Virus record (IMG/VR): IMGVR_UViG_3300042367_000196 | Span: 1,998 to 65,997 of that record | Length of the DNA stretch: 64,000 nt | Reading direction: 5' to 3' (one strand) | From: a virus | Taxonomy: Duplodnaviria; Caudoviricetes | In this document: positions 47,432 to 58,076 of the stretch, in pieces | How the letters are laid out: each line of letters begins with the position of its first letter | Numbering within the stretch: the stretch's first letter is position 1 | Notes under the pieces: model-generated | Database searches by the model: none | What the model saw: only the letters and a program-made list of their open reading frames with translations | Told to the model about the DNA's origin: nothing | Translations under genes and position numbers: made by a program

Positions 47432-47463
47432 TACGTAATAATAATCTATAAAACAATATAATT

Positions 47464-48096
47464 ATGATACCAGGTTTAGGCGGCATGATTGCTGGCGGCG
47501 TACAAGGTTTAACAGGTATAGCTGGTGGTATAATCGGTAGTGGCGCAAGAAAAAGAGAACAAAGAGCAGCACAAAAAGAGTTTAATACACGTAAAGCTCA
47601 ATATGAAATGCAGGACACATCAAACCTGTATAAAAACATGGAAAATGTTTATGAGGACTTGACTGTTAATCAAAAAGAGGCCCAATTTATAGCGCAACAA
47701 CAAAACCAGGGCATGGCTAACATAATGAATTCAATGCAAGGCGCTGCGGGTGGATCCGGCATTGCTGCATTGGCTCAATCATTAGCTAATCAACAATCAC
47801 AAAACGCACAACAAGCTGCGGTATCTATTGGTAGCCAAGAAGCTGGTAATCAAATGGCAGAGCGTGGAATGGCTGCAAAGTTAGATGTAATGGAAAGAGA
47901 AGGTGAACAAGCTTCAAGAGACGCGGAAAGAGAAAAAGTAGAGACATTATTAGGTATGTCACAACAAAGATTGGGTGCTGCAAATGCTGCAAGAGCCGCT
48001 GCTACTAAATCTATTGTAGGTGGTGTTGGTAATCTTGTTGGCGCTGGAGCAAGCTTACTTGATGCTAAGCAAGGAATGAATATGGCTACAGTGTAA
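47464..48096 (+). CDS. Putative ejection/pilot protein
   Basis: Gly/Ala-rich hydrophobic termini with Gln/Ala-rich coiled coil, typical of podoviral internal proteins. Confidence 0.6.
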   Translation: MIPGLGGMIAGGVQGLTGIAGGIIGSGARKREQRAAQKEFNTRKAQYEMQDTSNLYKNMENVYEDLTVNQKEAQFIAQQQNQGMANIMNSMQGAAGGSGIAALAQSLANQQSQNAQQAAVSIGSQEAGNQMAERGMAAKLDVMEREGEQASRDAEREKVETLLGMSQQRLGAANAARAAATKSIVGGVGNLVGAGASLLDAKQGMNMATV

Positions 48097-48120
48097 TGAA
48101 AAATAATATATTACAATAAT

Positions 48121-49359
48121 ATGGGAAATAATACATTGATAAGAGGAGCTGCAGATATGGAAGAAGAATATGTAGATGCAGGTGAATCATTTGCTGGCGG
48201 ATATAAAACTGCTTCGAGAAAATCAAAAAGTAGCGGAAGTGCTTGGGGTGCATTACCTCAAACTGTTAGAGATAATGATAAATACCAAGAGATAATTAAT
48301 AAGCACATGAACGACATGAAGACCGATATGGATCTTACTGCGTTCTCTAATGCTGAGACTGCCTCTATTCGTAATTTTCTTTTAGCAGAAAGAAGTAAGT
48401 ATGCCGAAGCAGCTAAAAAAATAGCAACTATAGATGATAGATCTTCTGAAGAATATTTGTCTCTTGTCGATGAAATGAATAGCGTTAATAATAGTTTTGT
48501 TAATTTATCAAAACAATTACAAGCTTATAAGAAAAACAAAGTAGAGTATGCTCAAGACCAATTAAACAATTCATTGTCTAAAGGAATGGACCCAGAGCAA
48601 AATCGTCAAGCAATGATTATGTACGGTTTCTACGATGCAAACAAAGACAAAAAATCAGATTCTAACTATGACGTGCCGTTCCAAATACTTGAGAACGGTA
48701 ATCTTGGTTTTAATATAGACGGTAAGACTATATCATATAATGAAGTTCCTGCTCCTATATATAAAGATTATAAGTTAGCAAACTCTATTCTAAAAACAAA
48801 CGAATCTGTTTATAAAAGTGGTCAACCAATGACTAAGACAGAATCAGATATGTATCGTTTGCAATTAGAAGAAGCATTGCAGGATCCTAATTCACTAAGA
48901 TCAATTGTATATGATTTTGACAGTGAGCTTGGTATGAGAGACATCGGAAATATGTGGGACTCTAATAAAAATAAAGACGGTGCCGTTGAAGAGGTTAGAG
49001 CTATGGTAATTAATAGATTACTTAAGGCTCGTGTGGATGTTGCTAGCGAAGGAGCTGCTGAAAAAGAAAGAAAGAAAGCCGCAAACAAAAAATCTTCAGG
49101 AAGATCTGGCGGTGGAAGCAGCGATAGTGGAGGACAACCTGATTATGCGCCACCAACCAAAGGATCAGATGGTAAATGGTATTCATATAAGATAGGCAAG
49201 AATGGATTAGCAGATGGACAAAAATTTGTTGTACCTGCGCCTGCTGGTCAAACAGAAACCGCCCCTGCAAAAACTGCTCCAGCAAAGACAACCAAGAAAG
49301 AGGTTAAAAAAGAAAGTCCAGGATTTTTCTCTAGAGAATACTGGCTTGGGACAAAGTAA
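48121..49359 (+). CDS. Putative ejection/internal virion protein
   Basis: Helical; lies between the pilot-like and giant genes. Confidence 0.55.
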   Translation: MGNNTLIRGAADMEEEYVDAGESFAGGYKTASRKSKSSGSAWGALPQTVRDNDKYQEIINKHMNDMKTDMDLTAFSNAETASIRNFLLAERSKYAEAAKKIATIDDRSSEEYLSLVDEMNSVNNSFVNLSKQLQAYKKNKVEYAQDQLNNSLSKGMDPEQNRQAMIMYGFYDANKDKKSDSNYDVPFQILENGNLGFNIDGKTISYNEVPAPIYKDYKLANSILKTNESVYKSGQPMTKTESDMYRLQLEEALQDPNSLRSIVYDFDSELGMRDIGNMWDSNKNKDGAVEEVRAMVINRLLKARVDVASEGAAEKERKKAANKKSSGRSGGGSSDSGGQPDYAPPTKGSDGKWYSYKIGKNGLADGQKFVVPAPAGQTETAPAKTAPAKTTKKEVKKESPGFFSREYWLGTK

Positions 49360-49386
49360 ATTTAATAAGAATAAAAACAGGATAAT

Positions 49387-52300
49387 ATGACTCCATTTTT
49401 AACGAAACAAGAATTAGAAAAAAAACGCAAAGCAAAAGAATCTCTTTTACCAAAAATTAAAAAAGAGGCTGGAGAAACTGAAAAAGCGTTTTTGGACCGT
49501 TTGTTAAAAAACGCTCCAATTGTTAAAACAATTGAAGTCCCAAGACAAAGAAAGTTTACTGGCGTACCTGAAGTTAGTTTAGGTGGAGTAGTAGAAAAGA
49601 AAATAAAAAAACAAGAAGAGAAAAAGATATTCCCTAATAAAAAGGTTGTTGAAGAAGAACCTGTAGAGAGAACTATAACCGAAAAAGTGATGCAACCAGG
49701 AGAAGACATAATTCCTGGTTTCAAACATTTTATTACCGATATAATTGATTCTAACGAAGTATACCGAATGCAAGATGATATTTTTGGCTTGGAATACGGT
49801 GAATCAATTTCAGAAAAAGAAAACTTAGATACATACGAGGAGTTACTTAGTAATGAAGATATAAAAGGTAAATTAAGGAATCGCGCTTTAGCTAACTACA
49901 AAGCACTACATCCAAACCAAAAAATAGATGACTACTTTGTTGATGTAATGGTTAACGATGTAATCGCAAATAAAATTCAAGAAGAACAGGAGACCGAGGC
50001 TAAATGGAAAAAAGAGTATGCAGACAAAAGCATATTGGCTGGAAAATATGATAATGTATTAAATTTAGGTATAGACACCCATATAAAGCAAGTAAGTCCT
50101 GAGGAACAATTTATAATAAAAGGTCTTGCCGAGGCTCGCAAATTGCAAAAAATTGTAGATAATCCTAATGTTAACCAAGATGAGTACGCTAAGGCTTTTT
50201 CTAAATTAGGAACCTTGGATAAAAATGTAAAAAACGCATTAAAGGAATATGATAGTAAATATTCTTTTCATTTTGACAATGTAACCGGCCGTCGTCTTAC
50301 CAAAGAGGAAGTAGATAACAGAATCAAAGCCGGAGAGGGTAATACTATGACTGACCAAGAAAAGCAGATTGCTAAGATGAGGACTGCTCATAAAAATTCG
50401 GATTTAGAATCATTAGAAAGAGGTTACTTTTCGCATTTATATAAATACAATAATTACATAAGTAAACTAAATAAAACTTATGATTTAAACCCAAGTGATA
50501 TTGTACTACGTAATTCATTAGCAACTAAAGGTTATAAGTTTAAACCAGGTACGAATATTTTTACCGGCGTTAAATTAAAAGACCTTATACCTTTTGTAGG
50601 TAGCAGTAAAGGATATGATAAGTCAATAGAAAAAGCTTTTGTTGATGCTGCTCCTCCTGGGAAAGGTACCCAAGTCAGACAGCTTATGGTTCCGTATTTA
50701 AAGGATCTTATTAAAGAAAAGACGCCTTTAATGTTAGAAAGGGAAGCTTATAAGCTATCATACTTAATGAATATCGATCCTAAAAGCATGAGCCAAGGTT
50801 ATGGGGAAAGATTTTTAGAAAGTGTTTCCGATGCAACCATCGGAGTAAAGGCAACACGTGATCTTTTCAAAACAAGTTCAAGAACAAAATTAGACCAAAT
50901 AAAAGAAGTGTTTAATGATGCAGGTGTTAAACCTACTAAGGAGCAAGAGGATAATTTTAGGAGAGATGATGTAATGAAAATCACAGAAGGGGTTGGAACA
51001 TTTTTACCGGAGTTGCCTAAGTTTGCTATTGCAAATGCTATTTCCGGTGGAATATTAGGATCAACTGCTTTTGGGGCTAGAATGGCTGCTTTAGGTAGAT
51101 CAACAAAACTAATGGATAAAATAGTATATAATGGTTTCAATGCTTTAAAAGAAGAGGCTATATTTAAAACTGTTACTGCTGGCGAATCCCAAACTGGTGG
51201 AGGAGCTGGATTTTATTTAGGGGGAAAACTCGTTGGTAAATTAGGTAAATTTTCACCAATAAATTTAACTGGTAGATCAGCCGCATTTAGACCTTTTGTA
51301 CAAAAAGTTATTCAACCTGGTGTAGGTATGTCTGTTGGTTCAGAAGGCGCAGCTATTGTCGAATCAATATACAAAGACGTTAAAGATAATAAATCTTTTA
51401 AAATGTCTATGGAAGACCTTTATGGGAATAGCGATGAGACTACTTCTCGTATGATGGTTAATCTTGCTATAGGTGGATTAATAGGTGCTAAAGATTTAAA
51501 GCTAGCTACTGATTTTAAATCTATAGCCGCAAAAAGGGACATGGTAGATAATCTTAATGTTGAAATAGAGAACCTTGAAGCAGAGAATAATCCAAAGAAT
51601 AAAAAAACAATAGAACAAAAAATAAATCTAATGAACTCGCTTAATTTAGAATTAAATTTTGCGGATCAAGCGTTTAATGATTTAGATGTATTAAGCTTAA
51701 AACAAGAAATTAAAAAAGCTAAAGCAGAAATTGAGTCTGGCAAACTAGACGAAAGACAAAAGTTAGAAGCTGAAAATTTTATAGCAGAAGGCGGAGCAAA
51801 GATTGACGCTGTAAGAAGAAACCTTATAAGAGACTTTAACGCAAAAGCTAAAGCAGGAGCATTCGGCAAAGATACAAAATTAGTTGTTGTTGATGGTGAA
51901 GAGGCTATGGGTAACGGTAATAAAGCTGAGTTTAAGCCTAACGGAGAGATTTGGGTAAACATAGAGAAATTTAGAAAAGGAGTATTAGGCCATGAAGTAG
52001 GACACGCTATGGTAAAAGCTGCTTTTGAAAAAAATAAAGATTTAGCGCAAAAAATGAAAGATGCTATACAACCTGTTGTAGAGAAAGCATTACAAAGTAG
52101 AAGACAATTAGGAGGTAGTTTAGAAAAAACAATAGACAAATTTTATTCTGAAGCAGAATTAACAGGGTCAAAAAGACCGGAGGAATATATCATGAATGTG
52201 GTAGAATTACTTCAAGAGCCAAGTCTTAGAGACGCAATGCTTAATACTGATATACTGCCCACGTTTAGAAGAGCTCTAGGCGAAATTGGAAATAAAATAG

Positions 52301-55300
52301 GGTTTGATTTTACTTCAAATAAAGCGCTGGACGTAGGCGAAAAAAATGCAGACAGAGCAAGTGATTTATTAGAATTTCTTTATGAATTAGGGACTAGTGC
52401 AGAGGGTAGAAGTGCAAGTGCTTTAAAAAATAAATTTAAGAAATTTGATAATATTTTAATAGACGGTAAAAAGCTTATTAATGAAAAAACCGGCGAAGAA
52501 ATAATAACAGAAGAAAAAGCTATTGGTGAAATTGAATCAATGGCATCAAAAGAAATAAGCGAAAACGAGAAAAAAGATATATTTTCTAAAGCTACTAGAG
52601 CTTATGAAGATGCCATGAAATCAGGAAGCTCGCCAGAAATCGCGGGGTTAATGGTTGGCATGGAGATGGAGCCTCTTATTAAAAAACAAGTTGAAAGGTA
52701 CCTTATTTCAAAAGGTATCACTATGTCACGCGATCAAATTCAAGATATTGTTGATTCATTGACCACTGATTCAGGTACAGGTACCTTTGGTGTGCCGAGT
52801 TTAACACAAGGATGGACAAAAGGTCAAGAAATTATAAAATATATAAATACAGAAAACCCTACTAGAGAACAGATAAACAACAAAGCAAAGGAATTAGGTA
52901 TACAGGATAGAACGTCTGCTGGAAGTGAGTCAAGCACTATTGATAAGTATATTAAGATGGCTAAAGGAGAAACCGAACAGGCTCAATTAACTTCTTACAT
53001 ATTTGGTAACTTGCCAAAACGTATATTACAAACTTTACAAAAATCTGAGTTTTCCGATTCGTTTAATACGTTTTCGATGGAGGATGTTAAGAACATCGAT
53101 AAATTAGAAGAAAGTGCAGGTATAAGTGGGGCTAGCGGCAGCAATGAGCAAGGTTATATTGATATATCATCTCCAGAGAAATACACTAGAGACTCTCAAA
53201 AAAATGCAGAAACAATATTAGAACTGCCTGCTCCTTTGGTAGAAAAAATTAATACTGATGCTAACAAGTTTTTAAATTCTCAAAAATTAGAGAACTTAGA
53301 TGCTAAATCTATTGGTACTGTTCCATTAAAAGACGGAGGTAAAGCTAAGGTAGCTATGCTTGAAAGTGATAAAGCAAGAATAACTTATCCTGACGGAAGA
53401 GTTGAGACTATTAAAGCTAGATCACCAAAATTAGTAGAGCAATACTTAGGAGCCGCGGATAAATCATTTGAAAAAGATTTTAATTTTAAAGAAGGTTTAT
53501 CTGAGGATTTTAAAAATTCGTTATTCAATGATTTGTCTAAACATGCTGGTAATATTATTGACAACAAAAGAGCCACCCCTGAATATGCAAAATTCATAGA
53601 TAATGCTTTCCCTTTGTTTAAAACATTTTTAAGCCAATATTCCGTAAACAAAAGATTTGCTGATTTTAAAGAACCTTATATAGATCCAGCGACCGGAAAA
53701 CAAGCAAGAGAAAAAACTGCTGCTGGAAATCCTATTTTTACAAAAAAGAATATAACTTTAGCTGAATGGAGAAAATACTTTTTAGGTGATGGTACACAAC
53801 GTATCGACGGTAAAAGAAGATCTATTATAGAAGCATTAGCTGTTGAATTAGGGTTTGATGCAACAATGAACGTGCTTGGCAAAGAAGCTATGCGTGAACA
53901 ATTAGAGCTAAGACAAGGTGAGTTAAGTGTAAAATTAGTAGAAAATTATGTAGCTGTTATTGGTAAGCAAATAGACCGCGGTATTGAAACCATGGCTTCT
54001 AAAGATCTTAGAGAAAGAGTGCAAGAAAAGTTTGGTCTTAGTAAAGAAGTAGCTGATTTTAGAATAGTTAGATCTTTGTTTGACGAAAACAACAATATAA
54101 GATCAAATGAAGAAATATGGGCGTCACCTATTGGCAGGTTTGTATGGGAATTACAAGAATATAATGCTGAAAATAGACTTGCTAATGATATTGAAGCCCG
54201 TATAGCTGCTGATAAGGAAAATGCAAATTTTAAACAAAAGTTAAAAGCAGACGGGATTAAATTTGATTATGAAAATATAAAAGACTTTGTAACAATAAAC
54301 AAAAAGTCAGAAAAAGAATTAAAAGAGTACGAAGAAGAATTTGTTAAACCTTTTGCCGCATTAGTGCCTAGAGAAGTATCAGAATTTACTACAGCCGCAA
54401 ATACTAAACTTGGCAATAATGAATTGTCATTATATGGAGGTAATTCTATTTTAGCACCGTTTCTTTCATATACGAGTAGACAAGATATAAAAGGAGAGTT
54501 GCTTAATCGTACAAGATTTGAAGAAGTAACTAAAGATGCAAAAACAAATATAGAACTATCACCTGAATTAAAAAATGAATGGGAAGAGCTTATAAAGCAA
54601 GCTAGAGCTAACAATAAAAAAGGTAAGGGAATAACAATAATAACAAAATCTAAAGACCATCAAAAGAAAATAGATGTAATATCAAAATCTAATTTAGACC
54701 CAAAAGAAAAAATAAATCTAATAGATAATCTGCCTTCAAGAGAAGAGGCTATTATAGATACAGCTATTAAAAACAAGCTTTTTGAATTAAAGTTAAAGAC
54801 TATTAAAGAGATGGCTCAGTCTTTAGACCAGTCAAAAGCCGGAGATCCTGCAAGAGAAAGGCTAGCTAAGCATGTTGCCGCTATGGTTTTAAATAATGAC
54901 AAGTTTGGCCCTAGAAAATATTCAAGTGAAATTTACTATGATCTTAGTATGCCTGCTGATGCCAAAACCAAAAACGAACATTTAACAAGCAAAGCGCGTT
55001 TTGGAGCAGATCTTGTTGGTGCTATAAAAGAAAACAAGCTTACCGACGAGAAAATAACAGAGCTGCTAACATATTTCGAAAGCGCTCTTGGTAATAAAGA
55101 GGGTCAAATATTTGCCGATATACATCTTGGAAAAACAGCTGACAACGCAAAATTTTATAAATTAGCTATTGCTCAAATGGCTAATATAACTGTTGAAAAA
55201 TCAAAATATAAAGAAGCTCTTGAAAATGTATATAATTGGACTACAAAAAAAACGGCATGGCAAGAGCTTATTGAAAGTGATTTAGCTAAAGAATTTTCTA

Positions 55301-57720
55301 TTAAAGACGAGACTTCCGAGCCAATGGCTTCAAAAGACCTTTCTAAAGATCTTAGTGAAATGATTGAGCGTAAAAAAGGCCTGCCAGCGGGAGAGGAAAT
55401 ATCGGCTGCTAAAGCTGCAATACTTGGCAGGAAGAAAGGAAACTTTGAATTCTTTGTGCCTGCTAATGCTGAGGATTTTGCTGGTATGCTTTATAAATTT
55501 TATGGCAAAGGAGAACAAGGTAACAAAGATATGGAGCTAATGAAAAAAGCTTTATTAGATCCATACGAAAGAGGCGAAAATGCGCTTAGTTCATACAGAC
55601 AAAAACTTACTACCGATTTAAAAGCAATGGATGCTCAATTAAATGAGTTAGGTGGTAAGGTAACTAATGAGTCTAAAGAAGCTTTAAAGAAATCTGGTTT
55701 TGACGCTGATCAAGCAACAAGAGTATATATATGGAATAAGAAGGGTGAAAAAATACCTGACATAACAGATACTGAAGTTAAAGAACTTTCAGATATTGTT
55801 GCAAATGATGCTCGTTTAAGAAGTTATGCGGATGGCGTTATGTCTCTTGTTGATTTTCCAGCCCCTACAGATTCATGGTATGGAAGTAATCTAAAATACG
55901 ATTTATATAAATACAGTACAGAAGGTGTGAGAAAAGATTTCTTAGCTGAATGGAAAGAGAATATGGATGCAATGTTTACAAAAGAGAACTACATTCGTAT
56001 GGAAGCTGCTTATGGAAAAGGATTTGTAGAAAACTTTAAGTCATTAACAAAAAGAATGGAAACAGGTAAGTTTAGACCTGAAAACATTAATAGAGCGGCT
56101 CAAAAAGGATTAGATTGGATCAACGGATCTGTTGGTGTTATCATGTGGATGAATATGCGTTCCGCACTACTTCAAACTACATCGGCGATAAACTATATAA
56201 ACTGGGGAGACAATAATATATTAGCCGCTGGTAAAACAATAGCTAAGCCTGTAGAGTTTGCTAAGACTTTTAAAGAACTAATAAATTCTGATTTCTTAAA
56301 GCAACGTAGAAACGGGTTAGAGATAAATATCGAAGATGCCGAGATTGCAAGAGCGATTGAAAAGGGAGGTAATGCACCTCAACGTATATTTGGCCAATTG
56401 ATAAAGGCCGGTTTTAAACCTACTCAAATGGCAGATAGTTTCTCTATTGCAATTGGTGGTACACCTTTTTACATGAATAGAACTAAAACTTACCAAAAAG
56501 AAGTGATTATTGATAGCAATGGTAATGAAGTTAGAAAGTATACCGATGCTGAAGCAAAGAAAAAAGCATTTGATGATTTTAGAGCATTGTCAGAAGAACA
56601 CCAACAGTCAAGTAGACAAGATCGTGTTTCTAATGTGCAACTTGGGGTTTTAGGTAGATTAATATTTGCATTCAACAATACTCAGATGCAGATGGCACGT
56701 TTACAAAAGAAAGCCACTCTTGATATAATAAATAAAAGAGGAGATATGAAAACAAACGTATCTAAGCTTGTATATTATGGAGTGGTACAAAGTGCGATCT
56801 TTACCGCTTTACAACAAGGTGCTTTTGGAATGATGTTTGGCAAAGATGAAGATGAACTAAAAGAAGGTGAAGCTGAGCACATTGCTAAAAAGAAAGAAGA
56901 GAAAGTTGTTGGTATGTTAAATAGTATGGTAGATGGTACTTTAACCGGTATTGGATTAGCTGGTAAACTAGCTGTAACTGCTAAAAATACTTTATTGAAA
57001 TACCAAGATGAAAGCGCTAAAGGATATAAAGCAAACTACGGTAAAGTTGTTAATGAAGCTTTAAGTATATCTCCACCTTTGTCAAGTAAAACTAAAAAAG
57101 CCGCTAGTGCTTTTGAGGATATAAAAAGATTAAGCACCAAGAAAGGACAAAAAGAAGTTGAAGAGTCTGGTGCATTCAATAATCCTTATAACATGCCTAG
57201 AGCAAAATTAGTGGCCGCTGCAACAAATATACCAGTAGACAGGGTGTTAACAAAGCTTGATAACTTAATTACAGCTATAGATGATGAAAATATTCAAGGT
57301 TGGCAAAGAGCTGCGTTATCTTTAGGATGGGATAAATATAGTTTAGGGATGTATGAAGACGAATATTTGGATCCTACTGAACAAGCCGCCGCTGATGCAA
57401 AAGAAAAAGCTGAAAAATCTGCAGAAGCAAAAGCTACTAGAGATGCTAAAAAAGCGCTAGAGCAAGCAGAATATGACGCTTTACCACAAGTAACAAAAGA
57501 TAGCCTTGACTTAGTAAAAATAAAAGCAAAAGAAAAAAAATCTAGGGATAAATACATAGAGGAGCAAGTTAGAAAATCAAAACTAACACCTGAACAGTTG
57601 GAGTACGAGAAGTATTTAGCGAAAGAGAAAAGAAAAAAGTCTAAAGAAAAGGCAAGGATTACAAAAATACGAAACCAAAAAATAAAAGATTCTATAAATT
57701 ACGCTAATACAAGAAGGTAA
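49387..57720 (+). CDS. Giant (2777 aa) putative ejected, polyvalent-type protein with zincin HExxH domain
   Basis: VLGHEVGHA at 51991-52005; three MASK[ED] linkers; hydrophobic Gly-rich segments; last gene of the ejection cluster. Confidence 0.75.
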   Translation: MTPFLTKQELEKKRKAKESLLPKIKKEAGETEKAFLDRLLKNAPIVKTIEVPRQRKFTGVPEVSLGGVVEKKIKKQEEKKIFPNKKVVEEEPVERTITEKVMQPGEDIIPGFKHFITDIIDSNEVYRMQDDIFGLEYGESISEKENLDTYEELLSNEDIKGKLRNRALANYKALHPNQKIDDYFVDVMVNDVIANKIQEEQETEAKWKKEYADKSILAGKYDNVLNLGIDTHIKQVSPEEQFIIKGLAEARKLQKIVDNPNVNQDEYAKAFSKLGTLDKNVKNALKEYDSKYSFHFDNVTGRRLTKEEVDNRIKAGEGNTMTDQEKQIAKMRTAHKNSDLESLERGYFSHLYKYNNYISKLNKTYDLNPSDIVLRNSLATKGYKFKPGTNIFTGVKLKDLIPFVGSSKGYDKSIEKAFVDAAPPGKGTQVRQLMVPYLKDLIKEKTPLMLEREAYKLSYLMNIDPKSMSQGYGERFLESVSDATIGVKATRDLFKTSSRTKLDQIKEVFNDAGVKPTKEQEDNFRRDDVMKITEGVGTFLPELPKFAIANAISGGILGSTAFGARMAALGRSTKLMDKIVYNGFNALKEEAIFKTVTAGESQTGGGAGFYLGGKLVGKLGKFSPINLTGRSAAFRPFVQKVIQPGVGMSVGSEGAAIVESIYKDVKDNKSFKMSMEDLYGNSDETTSRMMVNLAIGGLIGAKDLKLATDFKSIAAKRDMVDNLNVEIENLEAENNPKNKKTIEQKINLMNSLNLELNFADQAFNDLDVLSLKQEIKKAKAEIESGKLDERQKLEAENFIAEGGAKIDAVRRNLIRDFNAKAKAGAFGKDTKLVVVDGEEAMGNGNKAEFKPNGEIWVNIEKFRKGVLGHEVGHAMVKAAFEKNKDLAQKMKDAIQPVVEKALQSRRQLGGSLEKTIDKFYSEAELTGSKRPEEYIMNVVELLQEPSLRDAMLNTDILPTFRRALGEIGNKIGFDFTSNKALDVGEKNADRASDLLEFLYELGTSAEGRSASALKNKFKKFDNILIDGKKLINEKTGEEIITEEKAIGEIESMASKEISENEKKDIFSKATRAYEDAMKSGSSPEIAGLMVGMEMEPLIKKQVERYLISKGITMSRDQIQDIVDSLTTDSGTGTFGVPSLTQGWTKGQEIIKYINTENPTREQINNKAKELGIQDRTSAGSESSTIDKYIKMAKGETEQAQLTSYIFGNLPKRILQTLQKSEFSDSFNTFSMEDVKNIDKLEESAGISGASGSNEQGYIDISSPEKYTRDSQKNAETILELPAPLVEKINTDANKFLNSQKLENLDAKSIGTVPLKDGGKAKVAMLESDKARITYPDGRVETIKARSPKLVEQYLGAADKSFEKDFNFKEGLSEDFKNSLFNDLSKHAGNIIDNKRATPEYAKFIDNAFPLFKTFLSQYSVNKRFADFKEPYIDPATGKQAREKTAAGNPIFTKKNITLAEWRKYFLGDGTQRIDGKRRSIIEALAVELGFDATMNVLGKEAMREQLELRQGELSVKLVENYVAVIGKQIDRGIETMASKDLRERVQEKFGLSKEVADFRIVRSLFDENNNIRSNEEIWASPIGRFVWELQEYNAENRLANDIEARIAADKENANFKQKLKADGIKFDYENIKDFVTINKKSEKELKEYEEEFVKPFAALVPREVSEFTTAANTKLGNNELSLYGGNSILAPFLSYTSRQDIKGELLNRTRFEEVTKDAKTNIELSPELKNEWEELIKQARANNKKGKGITIITKSKDHQKKIDVISKSNLDPKEKINLIDNLPSREEAIIDTAIKNKLFELKLKTIKEMAQSLDQSKAGDPARERLAKHVAAMVLNNDKFGPRKYSSEIYYDLSMPADAKTKNEHLTSKARFGADLVGAIKENKLTDEKITELLTYFESALGNKEGQIFADIHLGKTADNAKFYKLAIAQMANITVEKSKYKEALENVYNWTTKKTAWQELIESDLAKEFSIKDETSEPMASKDLSKDLSEMIERKKGLPAGEEISAAKAAILGRKKGNFEFFVPANAEDFAGMLYKFYGKGEQGNKDMELMKKALLDPYERGENALSSYRQKLTTDLKAMDAQLNELGGKVTNESKEALKKSGFDADQATRVYIWNKKGEKIPDITDTEVKELSDIVANDARLRSYADGVMSLVDFPAPTDSWYGSNLKYDLYKYSTEGVRKDFLAEWKENMDAMFTKENYIRMEAAYGKGFVENFKSLTKRMETGKFRPENINRAAQKGLDWINGSVGVIMWMNMRSALLQTTSAINYINWGDNNILAAGKTIAKPVEFAKTFKELINSDFLKQRRNGLEINIEDAEIARAIEKGGNAPQRIFGQLIKAGFKPTQMADSFSIAIGGTPFYMNRTKTYQKEVIIDSNGNEVRKYTDAEAKKKAFDDFRALSEEHQQSSRQDRVSNVQLGVLGRLIFAFNNTQMQMARLQKKATLDIINKRGDMKTNVSKLVYYGVVQSAIFTALQQGAFGMMFGKDEDELKEGEAEHIAKKKEEKVVGMLNSMVDGTLTGIGLAGKLAVTAKNTLLKYQDESAKGYKANYGKVVNEALSISPPLSSKTKKAASAFEDIKRLSTKKGQKEVEESGAFNNPYNMPRAKLVAAATNIPVDRVLTKLDNLITAIDDENIQGWQRAALSLGWDKYSLGMYEDEYLDPTEQAAADAKEKAEKSAEAKATRDAKKALEQAEYDALPQVTKDSLDLVKIKAKEKKSRDKYIEEQVRKSKLTPEQLEYEKYLAKEKRKKSKEKARITKIRNQKIKDSINYANTRR

Positions 57721-57903
57721 ATGAAGCCAATAACTTTAACAATCAAGGAGAACAGATCAAATATTACTTTTCCTAAAGGCATGGAAATCTCTGTCAGTGC
57801 TAATGGTTCTGGCAGAGCCGTTCCAAAACAAAATCAAGATCCAGCAAGCAGCTGCTGCGGAAAAAAAGGTAAGTGTAACTGCAAAAACAAAAGTAAATCA
57901 TGA
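57721..57903 (+). CDS. Small hypothetical protein with Cys/Lys-rich tail
   Basis: ORF track; abuts the giant gene. Confidence 0.55.
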   Translation: MKPITLTIKENRSNITFPKGMEISVSANGSGRAVPKQNQDPASSCCGKKGKCNCKNKSKS

Positions 57904-58076
57904 AAAATTTTATAGATGATCTTAAAGTTTATGCACTTAATTCAGGAGCACTAATGATTTCATTCACCCAAGTAGAGAATGTATTGAAAATACTATTATT
58001 AATAATCTCCATAGCGTATACGTTAATGAAGATGAGACTTGCCATCAAAAACAAAAAAGATGAGACCGATAAATAA
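57900..58076 (+). CDS. Putative holin (58 aa, below the ORF-track cutoff)
   Basis: MKNFIDDLKVYALNSGALMISFTQVENVLKILLLIISIAYTLMKMRLAIKNKKDETDK: TM segment plus charged tail; overlaps the amidase start. Confidence 0.6.
   Translation: MKNFIDDLKVYALNSGALMISFTQVENVLKILLLIISIAYTLMKMRLAIKNKKDETDK

Noticed and set aside
49387-57720. Giant protein as a crAss-like virion RNA polymerase
   Set aside because: No DxDxD/DFDID catalytic motif found by eye; the HExxH and linker architecture fits a polyvalent or ejection protein better. A structure search is needed to exclude it fully.
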